64,000 nucleotides of DNA from Candidatus Poribacteria bacterium (GTDB lineage Bacteria; Poribacteria; WGA-4E; WGA-3G), in contig CAXXUA010000003.1 of the NCBI GenBank assembly GCA_963663765.2, positions 352,001 to 416,000 of the forward strand. Direction: 5' to 3'. Positions within the stretch are counted from its first letter, which is position 1; each line of letters begins with the position of its first letter. The notes below the pieces were generated by a model. It did not search any database, was not told where the DNA came from, and saw only the letters and a list, made by a program, of their open reading frames with translations. The position numbers and the translations under genes were made by a program. Shown here piece by piece: positions 53,201 through 63,358 of the stretch.

Positions 53201-56200
53201 GGCGCATCATTTGCATCCGTAACATTAATTGTCACCGCGATAGTATCTGAGAGATTACCATCCGATACAGTGATCGTCACTGAATATGAGGCTTTCGTTT
53301 CATAGTCAAGTGCGGCACTCGTTTGCAGCTGCCCGGTGCTACCAACAATACTAAAGGATGCCGCATCCGTACCGCTGAGCGAGTATGTCAATGTGGTGCC
53401 TGGATCAGCATCTGTTGCAGTAACTGCACTGCCGATGTTCGTTCCTGATGCAGAATTTTCTGCGACTGAACGCGATGTGCTCGTACCTGCGACTGAACGC
53501 GATATGCTCGTACCATTAGTGAACACAGGGGCGTTCTGAGTCACAACCTCGTTTAAGTCTGTAACACTAATCGTAACCGTAATATCGGTTGAATTCGTGC
53601 CATCCGAAGCAGTGACGGTCACCGTATACGATGGCTTCGTTTCAAAGTCAATTGCGGTACTCGTCGTCAGCTGCCCCGTTGTTCTACTAATACTAAAGGA
53701 TGCCGCATCCGTGCCACCCAACGTATATGTCAATGATTCACCTTCTGGGTCAGTCGCACTCAAAGCACTTCCGACACTCGTCCCTGTACTGACGTTCTCT
53801 GCGATAGCACGCGTTGCACTTGAACCATCCGAAAATGATGGTGCTTCATTCACATCCGTTACCTTGATGTTCAATGAAAGCGTGTCAGTGGCACCTTTAA
53901 GGTCAGTCACTGTCAGGACTATGGAATAGTCTTCTTTCGTTTCATAGTCCAATTCTGTATTTGTATATACCTCAGTAATACTAAATGTAACGAGGGGTCC
54001 ACCAATAAATATAGCCGTTAAATCGAGTCTACCGTTATCGCTAACGGTAAACAGAGCGGCATCTGGACCACCAATAGAACTTCTCATCTTATTTTGATGG
54101 CTTATGTCTTCATCTGCCACATAGATTGCTGCAACGAGCGATCCTATATCTGAATTCTCCGCAATTTCAAACTCTCTCACATTGTCCATAATATCTATGA
54201 ATGTGTAGAGTGGTTCAGGATATGTTTCACCAAGATGCGCATCAGCGAAGAAAGGGGAATGGTTGTTATACGCATGGTTCCCGTGTGCACTGATCAGATG
54301 AACATTCACGGTAATCGTATCTGTGCCTCCATTGCTATCTGATACCGTTATTGTCACCGTAGATTTTCTGAATGCGTCATCCCAATAACTGAAACCAACA
54401 CCGCCTACTTTGACTGACAGCTGGCCTGTTGCGCTATTAATGTTGAACCTATTGGCATGTGTACCACTCAGGCTATAGGTCAACGTATCATTATTCGCAT
54501 CGGTCGCAGTAATGGGATCACCGACATTTGTACCTGCATTCGGTTGTGATTCAATTAAACGATACGTGCTATCCCCTTCGGTGAAGACAGGTGCAACGTT
54601 CGGTCCAACAACTTCTGTAACATCGGTTACATTGATAGTGACGGTAATGCTATCCGTGCCACCATTGCCATCGGAAACATTCACCGTGACGGTATAGGAG
54701 GTTTTCGTTTCATAATCCAAGGCTGCATTTGTTTGGAGTTGTCCGGTTGTGCCAACGATTGTGAACGAAGCTGCATCCGTGCCACCTAACGTGTAAGTAA
54801 GCGTATCCGTGAGATCTTGATCCGTCGCAGCAACAGGCGTACCGATATTCGATCCGCTTTCTGTATTTTCTGCGACAGACCGCGTTGTGCTAAGACCATC
54901 GGTAAAAGTAGGAGCATTGTTTGTGATGACTGGCGTTTGTTCTGTGCTTTCGTTTTCTACGTCGGTCACATTGATCGTGACAGAAATGCTATCGCTACCA
55001 CCTCTGCCATCGGAAACATTCACCGTGACGGAATAGGAGGTTTTCGTTTCATAATTCAAGGCTGCATTTGTTTGGAGTTGTCCGGTTGTGCCAACGATTG
55101 TGAACGAAGCTGCATCCGTGCCACCTAACGTGTAAGTAAGCGTATCCGTGAGATCTTGATCCGTCGCAGCAACAGGCGTACCGATATTCGATCCGCTTTC
55201 TGTATTTTCTGCGACAGAGCGCGTTGTGCTAAGACCATCGGTAAAAGTAGGTGCATTGTTGCTTGGTGTTTCTGGTACGTTTCTCTCAACTTGTTGTTGT
55301 GTGCCTTCATTTTTGACATCGGTCACATTGATGGTAACGTTGATGCTATCGCTACCACCTTCGCCATCAGAAACGGTGACCGTTACTGAATACGAGTTCT
55401 TCCGCTCATAATTCAGAGCATTTTTCGTTTGCAGCTGCCCGGTTGTGCTCACAATATCAAATGTAGCAGCATCCGTGCCACTCAACGTGTAGGTGAGGGT
55501 GTCATCACCGTTTGCATCAGTTGCCTCAACGGGTGTGCCGATATTCGTGCCGGCTGCTGTGTTTTCTGCAATAGAACGTGTGGTTGACGTGCCATCTGTG
55601 AACACGGGTGCTACGTTTTCAACTACATCGGTTACATCAATAGTAACAGTAATCGTATCACTCAGGTTATTATCAGTGACATTGACTATGACCGTATATG
55701 AGTCCTTTGTTTCAAAGTCCAGTGGTGCTCTTGTTTGAAGTTGTCCTGTGGAAGCAACAATTGTGAACGAAGATGCATCTGTGCCAGTCAATGAATAGAC
55801 AAGTGTATCAGAACTATTTCCATCCGTAGCAGCTACTGGTGTGCCGATGTTCGTGCCGGGTGCGGTGTTTTCTGCAATAGAACGTGTGGTTGACGTGCCA
55901 TCTGTGAACACGGGTGCCACGTTTTCAACTACATCGGTTACATCAATAGTAACAGTAATCGTATCACTCAGGTTATTATCAGTGACATTGACTATGACCG
56001 TATATGAGTCCTTTGTTTCAAAGTCCAGTGCTGCTCTTGTTTGAAGTTGTCCTGTGGAAGCAACAATTGTGAACGAAGATGCATCTGTGCCAGACAATGA
56101 ATAGACATGTGTATCAGTACTATTTCCATCCGTAGCGGAAACAGGCGAACCGATGTTCGTGCCGGGTGCAGTGTTTTCTGCGATGGAACGTGTAGCATCT

Positions 56201-58746
56201 GTCCCTTCCGTAAATACGGGAGCAACATTCACTGCCTCAAAGATTATCAGTGGCAAGTCGGATGACTTTGTCAAAGCATAACCGTTATGGGATGTGGGTA
56301 TACTCGGCAACGTGCCAATATTCACGGTAACTGCGCCAAGTGTATTGAGTGTTCTTGTAACGGCGAGTGTTCCGCTTTCGACACTGCCTTGTGAGATGGT
56401 GACACTGCTTGCGCTGTCTGCTGCACTGCCGTTCGCGACAGTAATTGGCAACACAACATCAAAAGGTGCACCGATGTGTATCACAGCTTTAAACTGATCT
56501 GTGCCGACCTTCTCTAAAGAGACTTCAAACGAGAATGGCGCGCCTGAATTACCTGTTAGCTGCAAGGTTGTCAAAGAGGTCATTCCTGCAAAGATGCCAT
56601 CAGGGAGACTACTCAGTTGGTTGCTTTCGAGATTGAGTGTGGCAAGAGCTAACAGTCCGGTAAAATCATTGCTTTGCAACGAAGTGATGGAATCGTTACT
56701 GAGATCCAACGAGGTGATCGCAGCGAGTTGTGCTTCACTAACATTTCGGCAGTCTGTTACTCCTGGTACTGCGGCAGCAATCGCATCTGCAACTGCTTTC
56801 GTCACGTTACATGTTGCGGATTTTGAAAGCGCATACCCGAAATGGTTTGTTGGTAAAGCGGGTAACGCTCCCATATCAATATATGCACCGCTCACAACAG
56901 GCACTGTTAGTGTTGAACTTCTGATAGTACCTTTTGACACTGTTAATGTTCCTAATTCTTCAGGTCGACTAACGCCATCTGTAAGGAGGAGTGGCACCGC
57001 AACATCAAAGGGTGCGCCTGCAGGTATCACGATCCTATATTGATTGTTACTTACCTGCTCTAATGACACAAAAATCGGCATCGGACTCACGGTGTTGCCA
57101 CCTAACCGAAGCGATGTCAATGAGGTTAATCCGTTGAATATACCATTGGGGAGTGCACTCAAACTGTTGCCGTAAAGGTTCAGAGTTCTAAGATTGGTAA
57201 GTCCAGAAAAATCACCTGCTTTTAAGGCGGTGATGCCCTTATTTCGGAGATTAAGTGAACCTATCTCCCTGAGATGTGCATCGGTAACATCAGATGCATC
57301 CGTAACATTCAGCACTGCCGCGACGATAGCATCACGCACTTCGGGTGTGCGGTCACTCACGCCAACAGACGCTGTGGATATGGTAGTATCCGCTACATCT
57401 ATAATACTTATCACTACTGAAATTGTATCGGTATCAGAGGTATCAGAAACGGTAATTGATACGAGATAGACACTTTTTGTCTCATAATCCAGGGCAGCTT
57501 CGGTTTTCAGTTGACCTGTCGTAGACTCAATCGCAAACGATGCCGCATCTCTCCCACCAAGCGTATAGGTTAAGGTATCATCCGAATCCTCGTCTGTAGC
57601 ACCTACTACCGTACCGATGTTTGTATTCGCTGCAGTGTTCTCAGCGATGGAACGCAAAGTAATCGTACCATCAGTAAAGGAAGGGGCGTTATTTTCAACC
57701 TCCTCCCCTTCGTCATCCGTTTCTGTTACGACCTCTTCAGTTACATCCGTAACATTAATCGTGACTGTAATCGTATCACTACCACCATTGCTATCTGATA
57801 CTGTAACTATGACGGTATAGGCGTTCTTCGTCTCATAATCCAGTGCTGCTTTCGTTTGGAGTTGTCCGGATGTGCTCACAATATCAAATGATGCCGCATC
57901 CGTACCACCAAGCGTGTAGGTTAACGTATCATCCGTATCCTCATCCGTCGCACCAATCGCAGTACCGATATTTGTCGTTGCTGCTGTGTTCTCAGCAATG
58001 GAACGTGTCACTGTCTCTCCATCTGTAAACATAGGGGCGTTGTTCACTGCTGTGGTCTCTTCGCTTAGTGGATCTATTTTGGCAAGTTCATATCCGTAAT
58101 GATTTCTTGGAAGCGATGGCAAAGTGTCACCGATTTCAACAGTTGTGCTGACTATAGAGGCTGCAGTAAAAGATGCACTTTCCACACTGCCTTTGGACAC
58201 GGTTTGATTCCCTAACGCTTGGGGGTTTACGCTATCTGATATTTCAAGGGCAACGGTAATGGCAAACGGGGCACCTGTTGGTACGACCACCTTGTAATTA
58301 CTACCATCAATATGCTCAACGTATATGCCGACTTGCATCGGGTCAGTGGTGTTTCCACCTAACCGCAACGTTGTCAACGCTGTTAGTCCTTCAAAAATAC
58401 CGTTGGGCAGTCTGCTCAGTTGGTTGCCATAGAGATTTAGGCTTGTCAGTCCTGTCATCCCGTCAAAATCACCAGATTTTAAAGCTGTGATGCTTTTGTT
58501 CCGCAAGTTAAGGCTTGTGATTGCTGCGAGATGTGTATTCGTTACATTTGCAGCATCCGTTACACCATCTACTGCTGCGACGATTGCATCCTGCACTTGT
58601 GTTGTTCGATCACTCACGGCAAGGATTGTCTCTATGTTTTCTTCTTGTGCTTCTGTTACAATTTGGAAATTAAAAATCAATAAAAAGGTTGCTAATACGA
58701 ATACTACATGTTTAAGGTTCTTTATATTAAAGTTCTTTATATTCAT
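50269..58746 (-). CDS. 2825-aa secreted LRR + cadherin-repeat adhesin-like protein with a FlgD-Ig/sorting-like C-terminal domain
   Basis: Signal peptide; four LRR blocks (LTSLNLYGNQLSRLPNGIF); many NNAPxF..RSIAEN..LDYETK cadherin repeats; C-terminal LLPNFPNPFNPETWIPYQL. Confidence 0.9.
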   Translation of the reverse strand: MNIKNFNIKNLKHVVFVLATFLLIFNFQIVTEAQEENIETILAVSDRTTQVQDAIVAAVDGVTDAANVTNTHLAAITSLNLRNKSITALKSGDFDGMTGLTSLNLYGNQLSRLPNGIFEGLTALTTLRLGGNTTDPMQVGIYVEHIDGSNYKVVVPTGAPFAITVALEISDSVNPQALGNQTVSKGSVESASFTAASIVSTTVEIGDTLPSLPRNHYGYELAKIDPLSEETTAVNNAPMFTDGETVTRSIAENTAATTNIGTAIGATDEDTDDTLTYTLGGTDAASFDIVSTSGQLQTKAALDYETKNAYTVIVTVSDSNGGSDTITVTINVTDVTEEVVTETDDEGEEVENNAPSFTDGTITLRSIAENTAANTNIGTVVGATDEDSDDTLTYTLGGRDAASFAIESTTGQLKTEAALDYETKSVYLVSITVSDTSDTDTISVVISIIDVADTTISTASVGVSDRTPEVRDAIVAAVLNVTDASDVTDAHLREIGSLNLRNKGITALKAGDFSGLTNLRTLNLYGNSLSALPNGIFNGLTSLTSLRLGGNTVSPMPIFVSLEQVSNNQYRIVIPAGAPFDVAVPLLLTDGVSRPEELGTLTVSKGTIRSSTLTVPVVSGAYIDMGALPALPTNHFGYALSKSATCNVTKAVADAIAAAVPGVTDCRNVSEAQLAAITSLDLSNDSITSLQSNDFTGLLALATLNLESNQLSSLPDGIFAGMTSLTTLQLTGNSGAPFSFEVSLEKVGTDQFKAVIHIGAPFDVVLPITVANGSAADSASSVTISQGSVESGTLAVTRTLNTLGAVTVNIGTLPSIPTSHNGYALTKSSDLPLIIFEAVNVAPVFTEGTDATRSIAENTAPGTNIGSPVSATDGNSTDTHVYSLSGTDASSFTIVASTGQLQTRAALDFETKDSYTVIVNVTDNNLSDTITVTIDVTDVVENVAPVFTDGTSTTRSIAENTAPGTNIGTPVAATDGNSSDTLVYSLTGTDASSFTIVASTGQLQTRAPLDFETKDSYTVIVNVTDNNLSDTITVTIDVTDVVENVAPVFTDGTSTTRSIAENTAAGTNIGTPVEATDANGDDTLTYTLSGTDAATFDIVSTTGQLQTKNALNYERKNSYSVTVTVSDGEGGSDSINVTINVTDVKNEGTQQQVERNVPETPSNNAPTFTDGLSTTRSVAENTESGSNIGTPVAATDQDLTDTLTYTLGGTDAASFTIVGTTGQLQTNAALNYETKTSYSVTVNVSDGRGGSDSISVTINVTDVENESTEQTPVITNNAPTFTDGLSTTRSVAENTESGSNIGTPVAATDQDLTDTLTYTLGGTDAASFTIVGTTGQLQTNAALDYETKTSYTVTVNVSDGNGGTDSITVTINVTDVTEVVGPNVAPVFTEGDSTYRLIESQPNAGTNVGDPITATDANNDTLTYSLSGTHANRFNINSATGQLSVKVGGVGFSYWDDAFRKSTVTITVSDSNGGTDTITVNVHLISAHGNHAYNNHSPFFADAHLGETYPEPLYTFIDIMDNVREFEIAENSDIGSLVAAIYVADEDISHQNKMRSSIGGPDAALFTVSDNGRLDLTAIFIGGPLVTFSITEVYTNTELDYETKEDYSIVLTVTDLKGATDTLSLNIKVTDVNEAPSFSDGSSATRAIAENVSTGTSVGSALSATDPEGESLTYTLGGTDAASFSISRTTGQLTTSTAIDFETKPSYTVTVTASDGTNSTDITVTISVTDLNEVVTQNAPVFTNGTSISRSVAGTSTSRSVAENSASGTNIGSAVTATDADPGTTLTYSLSGTDAASFSIVGSTGQLQTSAALDYETKASYSVTITVSDGNLSDTIAVTINVTDANDAPEFDEGTTTTRTVGEEVAIGTIVGNPVDAVDQDRDVLNYTLSGTDAASFTIDSTTGQLRTAVELDFDTKRTYSVVVTATDNETDTDADTDTPLSDSITVTINVGQYFPGSQPPEFDELSVNLFATITRSVDENTASGTNIGSPVSATDPDENDELTYSLPSGQRDNDSFTIVSSTGQLQTSAALNHETKDSYTVFISVTDGSNNRTTTVTINVNDINDAPVFTDGTSVTLTVAENTVEDSNIGSTVAATDEDEPANTLTYTLSGTDAASFDVVSTSGQIKTKADLDYETKNSYSVTLSVSDGNQGTDSIAVTIKVTDVTEVANEPPAFSDGATATRSIPENTASGSNVGPAFTATDPDSGDTVSYSLSGTDAASFSVNSSTGQLTTATTFDFETKTSYTVIITASDAKPNNGKDTITVTINITNVTENNDPTFTDGESVTRSIDETAYTADVLSLSWENIGDPITATDADNDTLTYAITNSSSLFRIQSSGQLQGIGLDHETTASHTLTITATDTNNGSDSISVTVTVIDTNEIPLISSDNEPTLSFNAGNAASTNLGSIYTAYDYDDSDTLTFSLGGTNVDLFQLTTTTTAAYTGSDGYAVQATAQLQNKAELAAGTFSVDIEATDTAGLKATTRVTINVIGGPSPAVADRTAAVRDAIVAAIDGVTSASDITGAHLASITALNLSSKSISSLSTGDFNGMSSLTSLDLSDNLLGTSLPDGIFSGLSLSTLDLSGNSGTPAIVLSMERVADSDSDIKTADVRVKVNTAAPFDMQVDVLTHVKLCLFGFCGEWLVGIRSQQPTISAGSIYSDTFVVDTDATTISVSRIGVSIDATMYPSLPSGHSGYAFNNSSDQPLEVLPDDEGTGAPSLQSSADSQRPETTALLPNFPNPFNPETWIPYQLNKPSVVSITIYDIQGNIVRHLDLGQKQAGYYTDRSRAGYWDGRNAVGERVANGVYFYQLKAGDYSYLRKMLIVK

Positions 58747-59012
58747 GCTCTCATCTATTCCTTATATGATAGATAACCTAGTTTGCGACCTAATCAATAT
58801 ATATGTTTAATCCCACAAACATCATATTACAACATATTTGAATTAGTTATTATATATTTTATTATAGTCTTAATATGAATAATTATACACAAATTCAACA
58901 AATTTGTCAAATTAAATCTGTTGATGATTTCGAATTAACCAGTAATCCACATGATGTTTCAGCAAAGTGGTATTTGCACACTTGTGATATGATATCGCAA
59001 TGCCTGACTTGA

Positions 59013-60100
59013 TTGACGCGCTTAGAAAACACGGTTATGACTTCGGGGCAACTGATAAATACTTTAAACGATATTATTGAACGCTGCCACAATCGGCACG
59101 AAAAACCGCTACGACAACGGAAAACAATTGTAACACCTGCGATCTATAAAGGGTTGATATACCATTTCACGGTGTATTGTGCACATAGAAAACCGATCCG
59201 GCTGCATGATTTAGCGTTTGCGAACATCTTCTTTATGCCGATAGGCGGTGCGCCGCGGCTTGACCGCATGCCACAGTCTTTTGGTGGGAAACGATTCTTG
59301 AAACGTTAAGGAATGGAAGATTGGGAGATACGACAATGGCACACATCTTGGGGTATACAGATATACACAGGGATACCGTCTAAAATAAATGATCCCTGTT
59401 GGCACGATATAGAATTCAAATACGCGGTAATCTGCGCTGCACCCGAGGCTGTTCTCACTTGTATTGATAGACTCATTAGCGTGGTGTCAAGTCCGTGATT
59501 GACAATCACAAAATCTGGCGGACTCCGTTTTTCCTGTCGAATCCCGAATTATCTGCACCCTAACACAGTTGATAAAAGATTTTACATCTACAAAGATGTC
59601 TCAACCCAGGGAACTCAGCAGCATCGACAAGTGTATCTCGAAATCCGTGGTGAATCAGGTCATAGCCCATGGGACGCACGTTATGAGTTACTACGGGGTA
59701 ATCTGTTAGCACCACCTGTGATTGCTAAAGAGGTGATCTTTACCTCGCTTGAAGTGTTACGTAATGAACTTGACGGTTCCGAGTTGGTCAGAACATCTGA
59801 CACAGAAACGTTTGTCGGCTCGTTACCATCACTCGGTTCACATAAATTGGATCTCGCAAAGGAAGCATTTTTTAAGCGAGGGTACGTTTATCTGCTACAA
59901 GAAAACAAATGGCATCACTGGACACAACACACCACCGAGAAGAATGACACAAACGTACTGTTATGGGAACACGACGGGACTATCTGGATACGTGCAACGA
60001 ACACCGATGTTGGCTTACCGATGGTCGATACACCTATCACTGCTGTATGGAATGATACTGGTATCCTGTCACCGATTACCGAATGGGACTGTCGGTGTCT
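59013..60100 (+). pseudogene. Degenerate gene with prim-pol-like motifs, truncated by the 157-bp array
   Basis: ORFs 59013, 59313 and 59499 share one frame separated by single stops; WGIQIYTG..WHDIEF..TKSGGLRF. Confidence 0.5.
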
Positions 60101-60760
60101 GATAACACCATTTTCATGTGAAAATGTCTCATTAGCAGCGGAAATCGGGTAGGAGCAACATCACGGTCGCGACCGGGAGGGCGCTCCTACCGAAGAGAGT
60201 AACACCCTGCCAGTAAACAGTAGAATTCCATAATGAGAAAAGATTTATGAGAATGGGTATAATAACATTTTCAAGGGATAATGTCTCATTAGCAGCGGAA
60301 ATCGGGTAGGAGCAACATCACGGTCGCGACCGGGAGGGCGCTCCTACCGAAGAGAGTAACACCCTGCCAGTAAACAGTAGAATTCCATAATGAGAAAAGA
60401 TTTATGAGAATGGGTATAATAACATTTTCAAGGGATAATGTCTCATTAGCAGCGGAAATCGGGTAGGAGCAACATCACGGTCGCGACCGGGAGGGCGCTC
60501 CTACCGAAGAGAGTAACACCCTGCCAGTAAACAGTAGAATTCCATAATGAGAAAAGATTTATGAGAATGGGTATAATAACATTTTCAAGGGATAATGTCT
60601 CATTAGCAGCGGAAATCGGGTAGGAGCAACATCACGGTCGCGACCGGGAGGTCGCTCCTACCGAAGAGAGTAACACCCTGCCAATAAACAGTAGAATTCC
60701 ATAATGAGAAAAGATTTATGAGAATGGGTATAATAACATTTTCATGGGATAATGGTATAA
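60100..60760 (+). repeat. Tandem array of 4 x 157-bp units, same family and orientation as 49305-50231
   Basis: Units near 60120, 60277, 60434, 60591. Confidence 0.95.
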
Positions 60761-60769
60761 CATTATTTT

Positions 60770-60812
60770 CGTCGTAATTCTTGACTAAAACATGAAAACT
60801 GCGTAAGTCCTG
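60770..60812. mobile_element. IS701-type MITE end
   Basis: CATGAAAACTGCGTAAGTCCTG. Confidence 0.7.
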
Positions 60813-61184
60813 TATATAAACAGATCTTACTATTTTTTGAGTCTTAAATAACGCCAAAACTCCCCTTTGCTTTTGGCGTTCAGTTACCATATTTTTTTCG
60901 AGCGACCTCGCAGCTTCCAGTTGTTCCTTTAGGAGTTCCACCTGTTCTTCCAGGACTGCTATGACCGCCCCGTTTTCAGCGTTCCCATTTGTTCCCACTT
61001 CGTGGTTCGGGGAATTCCCGTTTTCTCTCAACTGGTAAACGCACTGGAGTTCTGCTACATCAATAACCTTTTTACCACGCTCGTCTTTTTCAAAAGAGAT
61101 TGTCCCGTTGTCCATATCTCTGTAGATGCCAGACTGCGATACTTCAAACATTTCTACGGCTTTGGAGACTCGTATTTTTGACAT
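60813..61184 (-). pseudogene. Plasmid-type HTH/coiled-coil DNA-binding protein, 3' end disrupted by the MITE
   Basis: MSKIRVSKAVEMFEVSQSGIYRDMDNGTIS...IDVAEL followed by a coiled coil. Confidence 0.55.
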
Positions 61185-61296
61185 TTCCACTTTCTCCCAA
61201 AAACTCCAATTGGTAATTGTCATGGGTAATGATGGGAATTGCGGGGTGGTGACAAAAAAAGACCCTAGGTTGGGTTTGACGAGGGTAGTGAGAAGG

Positions 61297-62246
61297 TTAA
61301 CTTTTTAGAGATTCGCGTATCACATATCTTTTAGTGCTATTAAAACTTCTCTTTCCATACGTTTATTGCCCGTAGTTTTGCATAGTTGTAATGCTTTTTG
61401 CAAATCTTCTTTGGCAGGTTTCAACTCCGCTAAATATCTTTTTGCCAATCCACGAGCATAGAATGCATCTATATAATCTGTGTTTATAGTAATTGCCCTG
61501 TCAAAGTCTTGAATAGCATCTGTATAATTTCCTGATTGTCGTTTGGCAACACCTCGATCATAATAAGCATTGGCATTGTTTGGATCTAATTCTATTGCTT
61601 TGTCAAGGTCTGATATACATGCTTCAGGGTGTCCTAATCTTGTTTTGGCGTGCGCTCTACCGTAATATGCTTCTGCATTGTTAGGATCCTGACGAATTGC
61701 TTTATCAAAATCGTATATAGCGTCAAACTATTCATACATGAATAGTTTTATATTACCTCTGTTATAATATGCCAAAGGATAGTCTTCCCTTAACTTAATC
61801 GCATTATCAATATCTTGGACAGCATCTTTATAATCCCCGAGGTTGCGGTAGGCAATACCCCGGTTGTAGTACGCTTCTGCAGAATTGGGTTGTAATTTTA
61901 TGGCAGTATTAAAATCTGTAATTGCATCTTCAGGACGGTCTAATTGTCCTTTCGTTACACCTCTATGATAATAAGCTTCTGCGTTGTTTTTATCTAAATT
62001 AATTGCATCGCTAAAATCTGTAATTGCTTCAAAATACTGTCCATCACTTCTTTTAACTTGTCCCTTAAAATATAAACCTCAACATTTTTGGGTTTCTTGT
62101 TCAATCGCAAGATCAAAATCCTCTATAGCCTCTTTATATCTGCCTTCGTTATACCGGGTTGTTCCCCTATGGATGTATGCATCCACTGATGAAAGTTCTA
62201 CAGATTCCTCAAATTGTTCTACAATAGGGTTTTTGGTATCTTCCAT
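61297..62246 (-). pseudogene. TPR-repeat protein pseudogene
   Basis: AEAYYHRG..AITDFNTAIKLQPNSAEAYYNRG repeats; internal TAG at about 61728 and a frameshift near 62090. Confidence 0.75.
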
Positions 62247-62725
62247 TAGGTGGTTCCTTTCCCAAACTGCAGATCATACGATTGCTTATCCGCACCTTTA
62301 TCATCATTTACTACTTGATCTGGAATGAGTTCCGGTTCTAGCTGATTATTTTTGTTCCTACTAGATAAAATGTGAAGTATAATTGGCATGATTATACCCC
62401 CAACAATAGCGACAAGAATTATATTTTGAATTGTTCTGAACCATACTGTTCGCTCTTCAATAACAGATATTCTCACGTTGAAGCCATTCATGCTGGTAGT
62501 GAGATTTTTCACACTTTCTGTAAGTTGTTTTTGACTTTCTGTGAGTTGACCAACATTGGTGGTAAGATTCTTAATATTATCTGACAGTTCTCGTAAATCT
62601 ATTGTTTCGGTATATTTAAAAACAGATGATTCTGGGTTGGACTGTTGGCTGAACGTAGCAGGGGTAACGCAAAAGATAAAGAAAATAACAAAAACATTCC
62701 AATGGATTCCCCACGCTGTACGCAT
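62246..62725 (-). CDS. Hypothetical membrane protein (signal, coiled coil, TM)
   Basis: 159-aa ORF with GGAG RBS; stop overlaps the TPR start (TAATG). Confidence 0.65.
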   Translation of the reverse strand: MRTAWGIHWNVFVIFFIFCVTPATFSQQSNPESSVFKYTETIDLRELSDNIKNLTTNVGQLTESQKQLTESVKNLTTSMNGFNVRISVIEERTVWFRTIQNIILVAIVGGIIMPIILHILSSRNKNNQLEPELIPDQVVNDDKGADKQSYDLQFGKGTT

Positions 62726-63036
62726 TATAATTCTCCTAAATATTATCTGGTGGCAAAAAAGGGTTGATATTCGCTTATAGCATATTTATTATAGCATCTT
62801 TCAAGAGAAAAAGAACAACAATAATTGTTTACGAGACATTATTCTATGTTTGCCGTGTGTTGATGTTCGTTGCCGTTTATATCAGTTACTTTAAATGGTG
62901 CGTTAATGTCTGTGGCAATCTCCATTATATTTCCTCTATTTTTAACTTTACGTATAGTTGTGCATGTGTGAGTTAATGATGTCTTGCACCACAAACAGAC
63001 TTTGCTTAACGGTTCAGTATAATAATAACCAGTGGA

Positions 63037-63273
63037 TTATTGGTTATTATCGGTATCCAGTAATGTCAATTGTTTCTCGTTGTCTTTATCTAAGTGACGA
63101 TACGTGCTAACATTTTTACCTTTTGCTTTGCGATCCTTAAAAGTATTCTCTACTACATGCAACTCAAGTTCTTTCTGGATTTTTGGCATTTCACATGGTG
63201 ACGCATCCAATCTTGCACATGTCATATTTATATATGCTTCACTTCTGTCAATGCCTATATATTTGTGTCCCAA
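63037..63273 (-). pseudogene. C-terminal fragment of a DNA methyltransferase
   Basis: LGHKYIGIDRSEAYINMTCARL resembles the MTase post-motif-I segment; no N-terminus present. Confidence 0.5.
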
Positions 63274-63358
63274 TAGTTTGGCTTATCTGACATGGTGTTT
63301 AGCGTTGAATAATGCTAATTATAATACGCTATTTCAGGATATGCATACAACGGAATAA

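Noticed and set aside
50430-58810. Many plus-strand ORFs over the giant gene
   Set aside because: Antisense shadows of the repetitive minus-strand CDS
7920-61730. Stop-codon reassignment or programmed readthrough explaining the in-frame stops
   Set aside because: The internal stops are a mix of TAA, TAG and TGA, and core genes have none; decay or sequencing error is simpler
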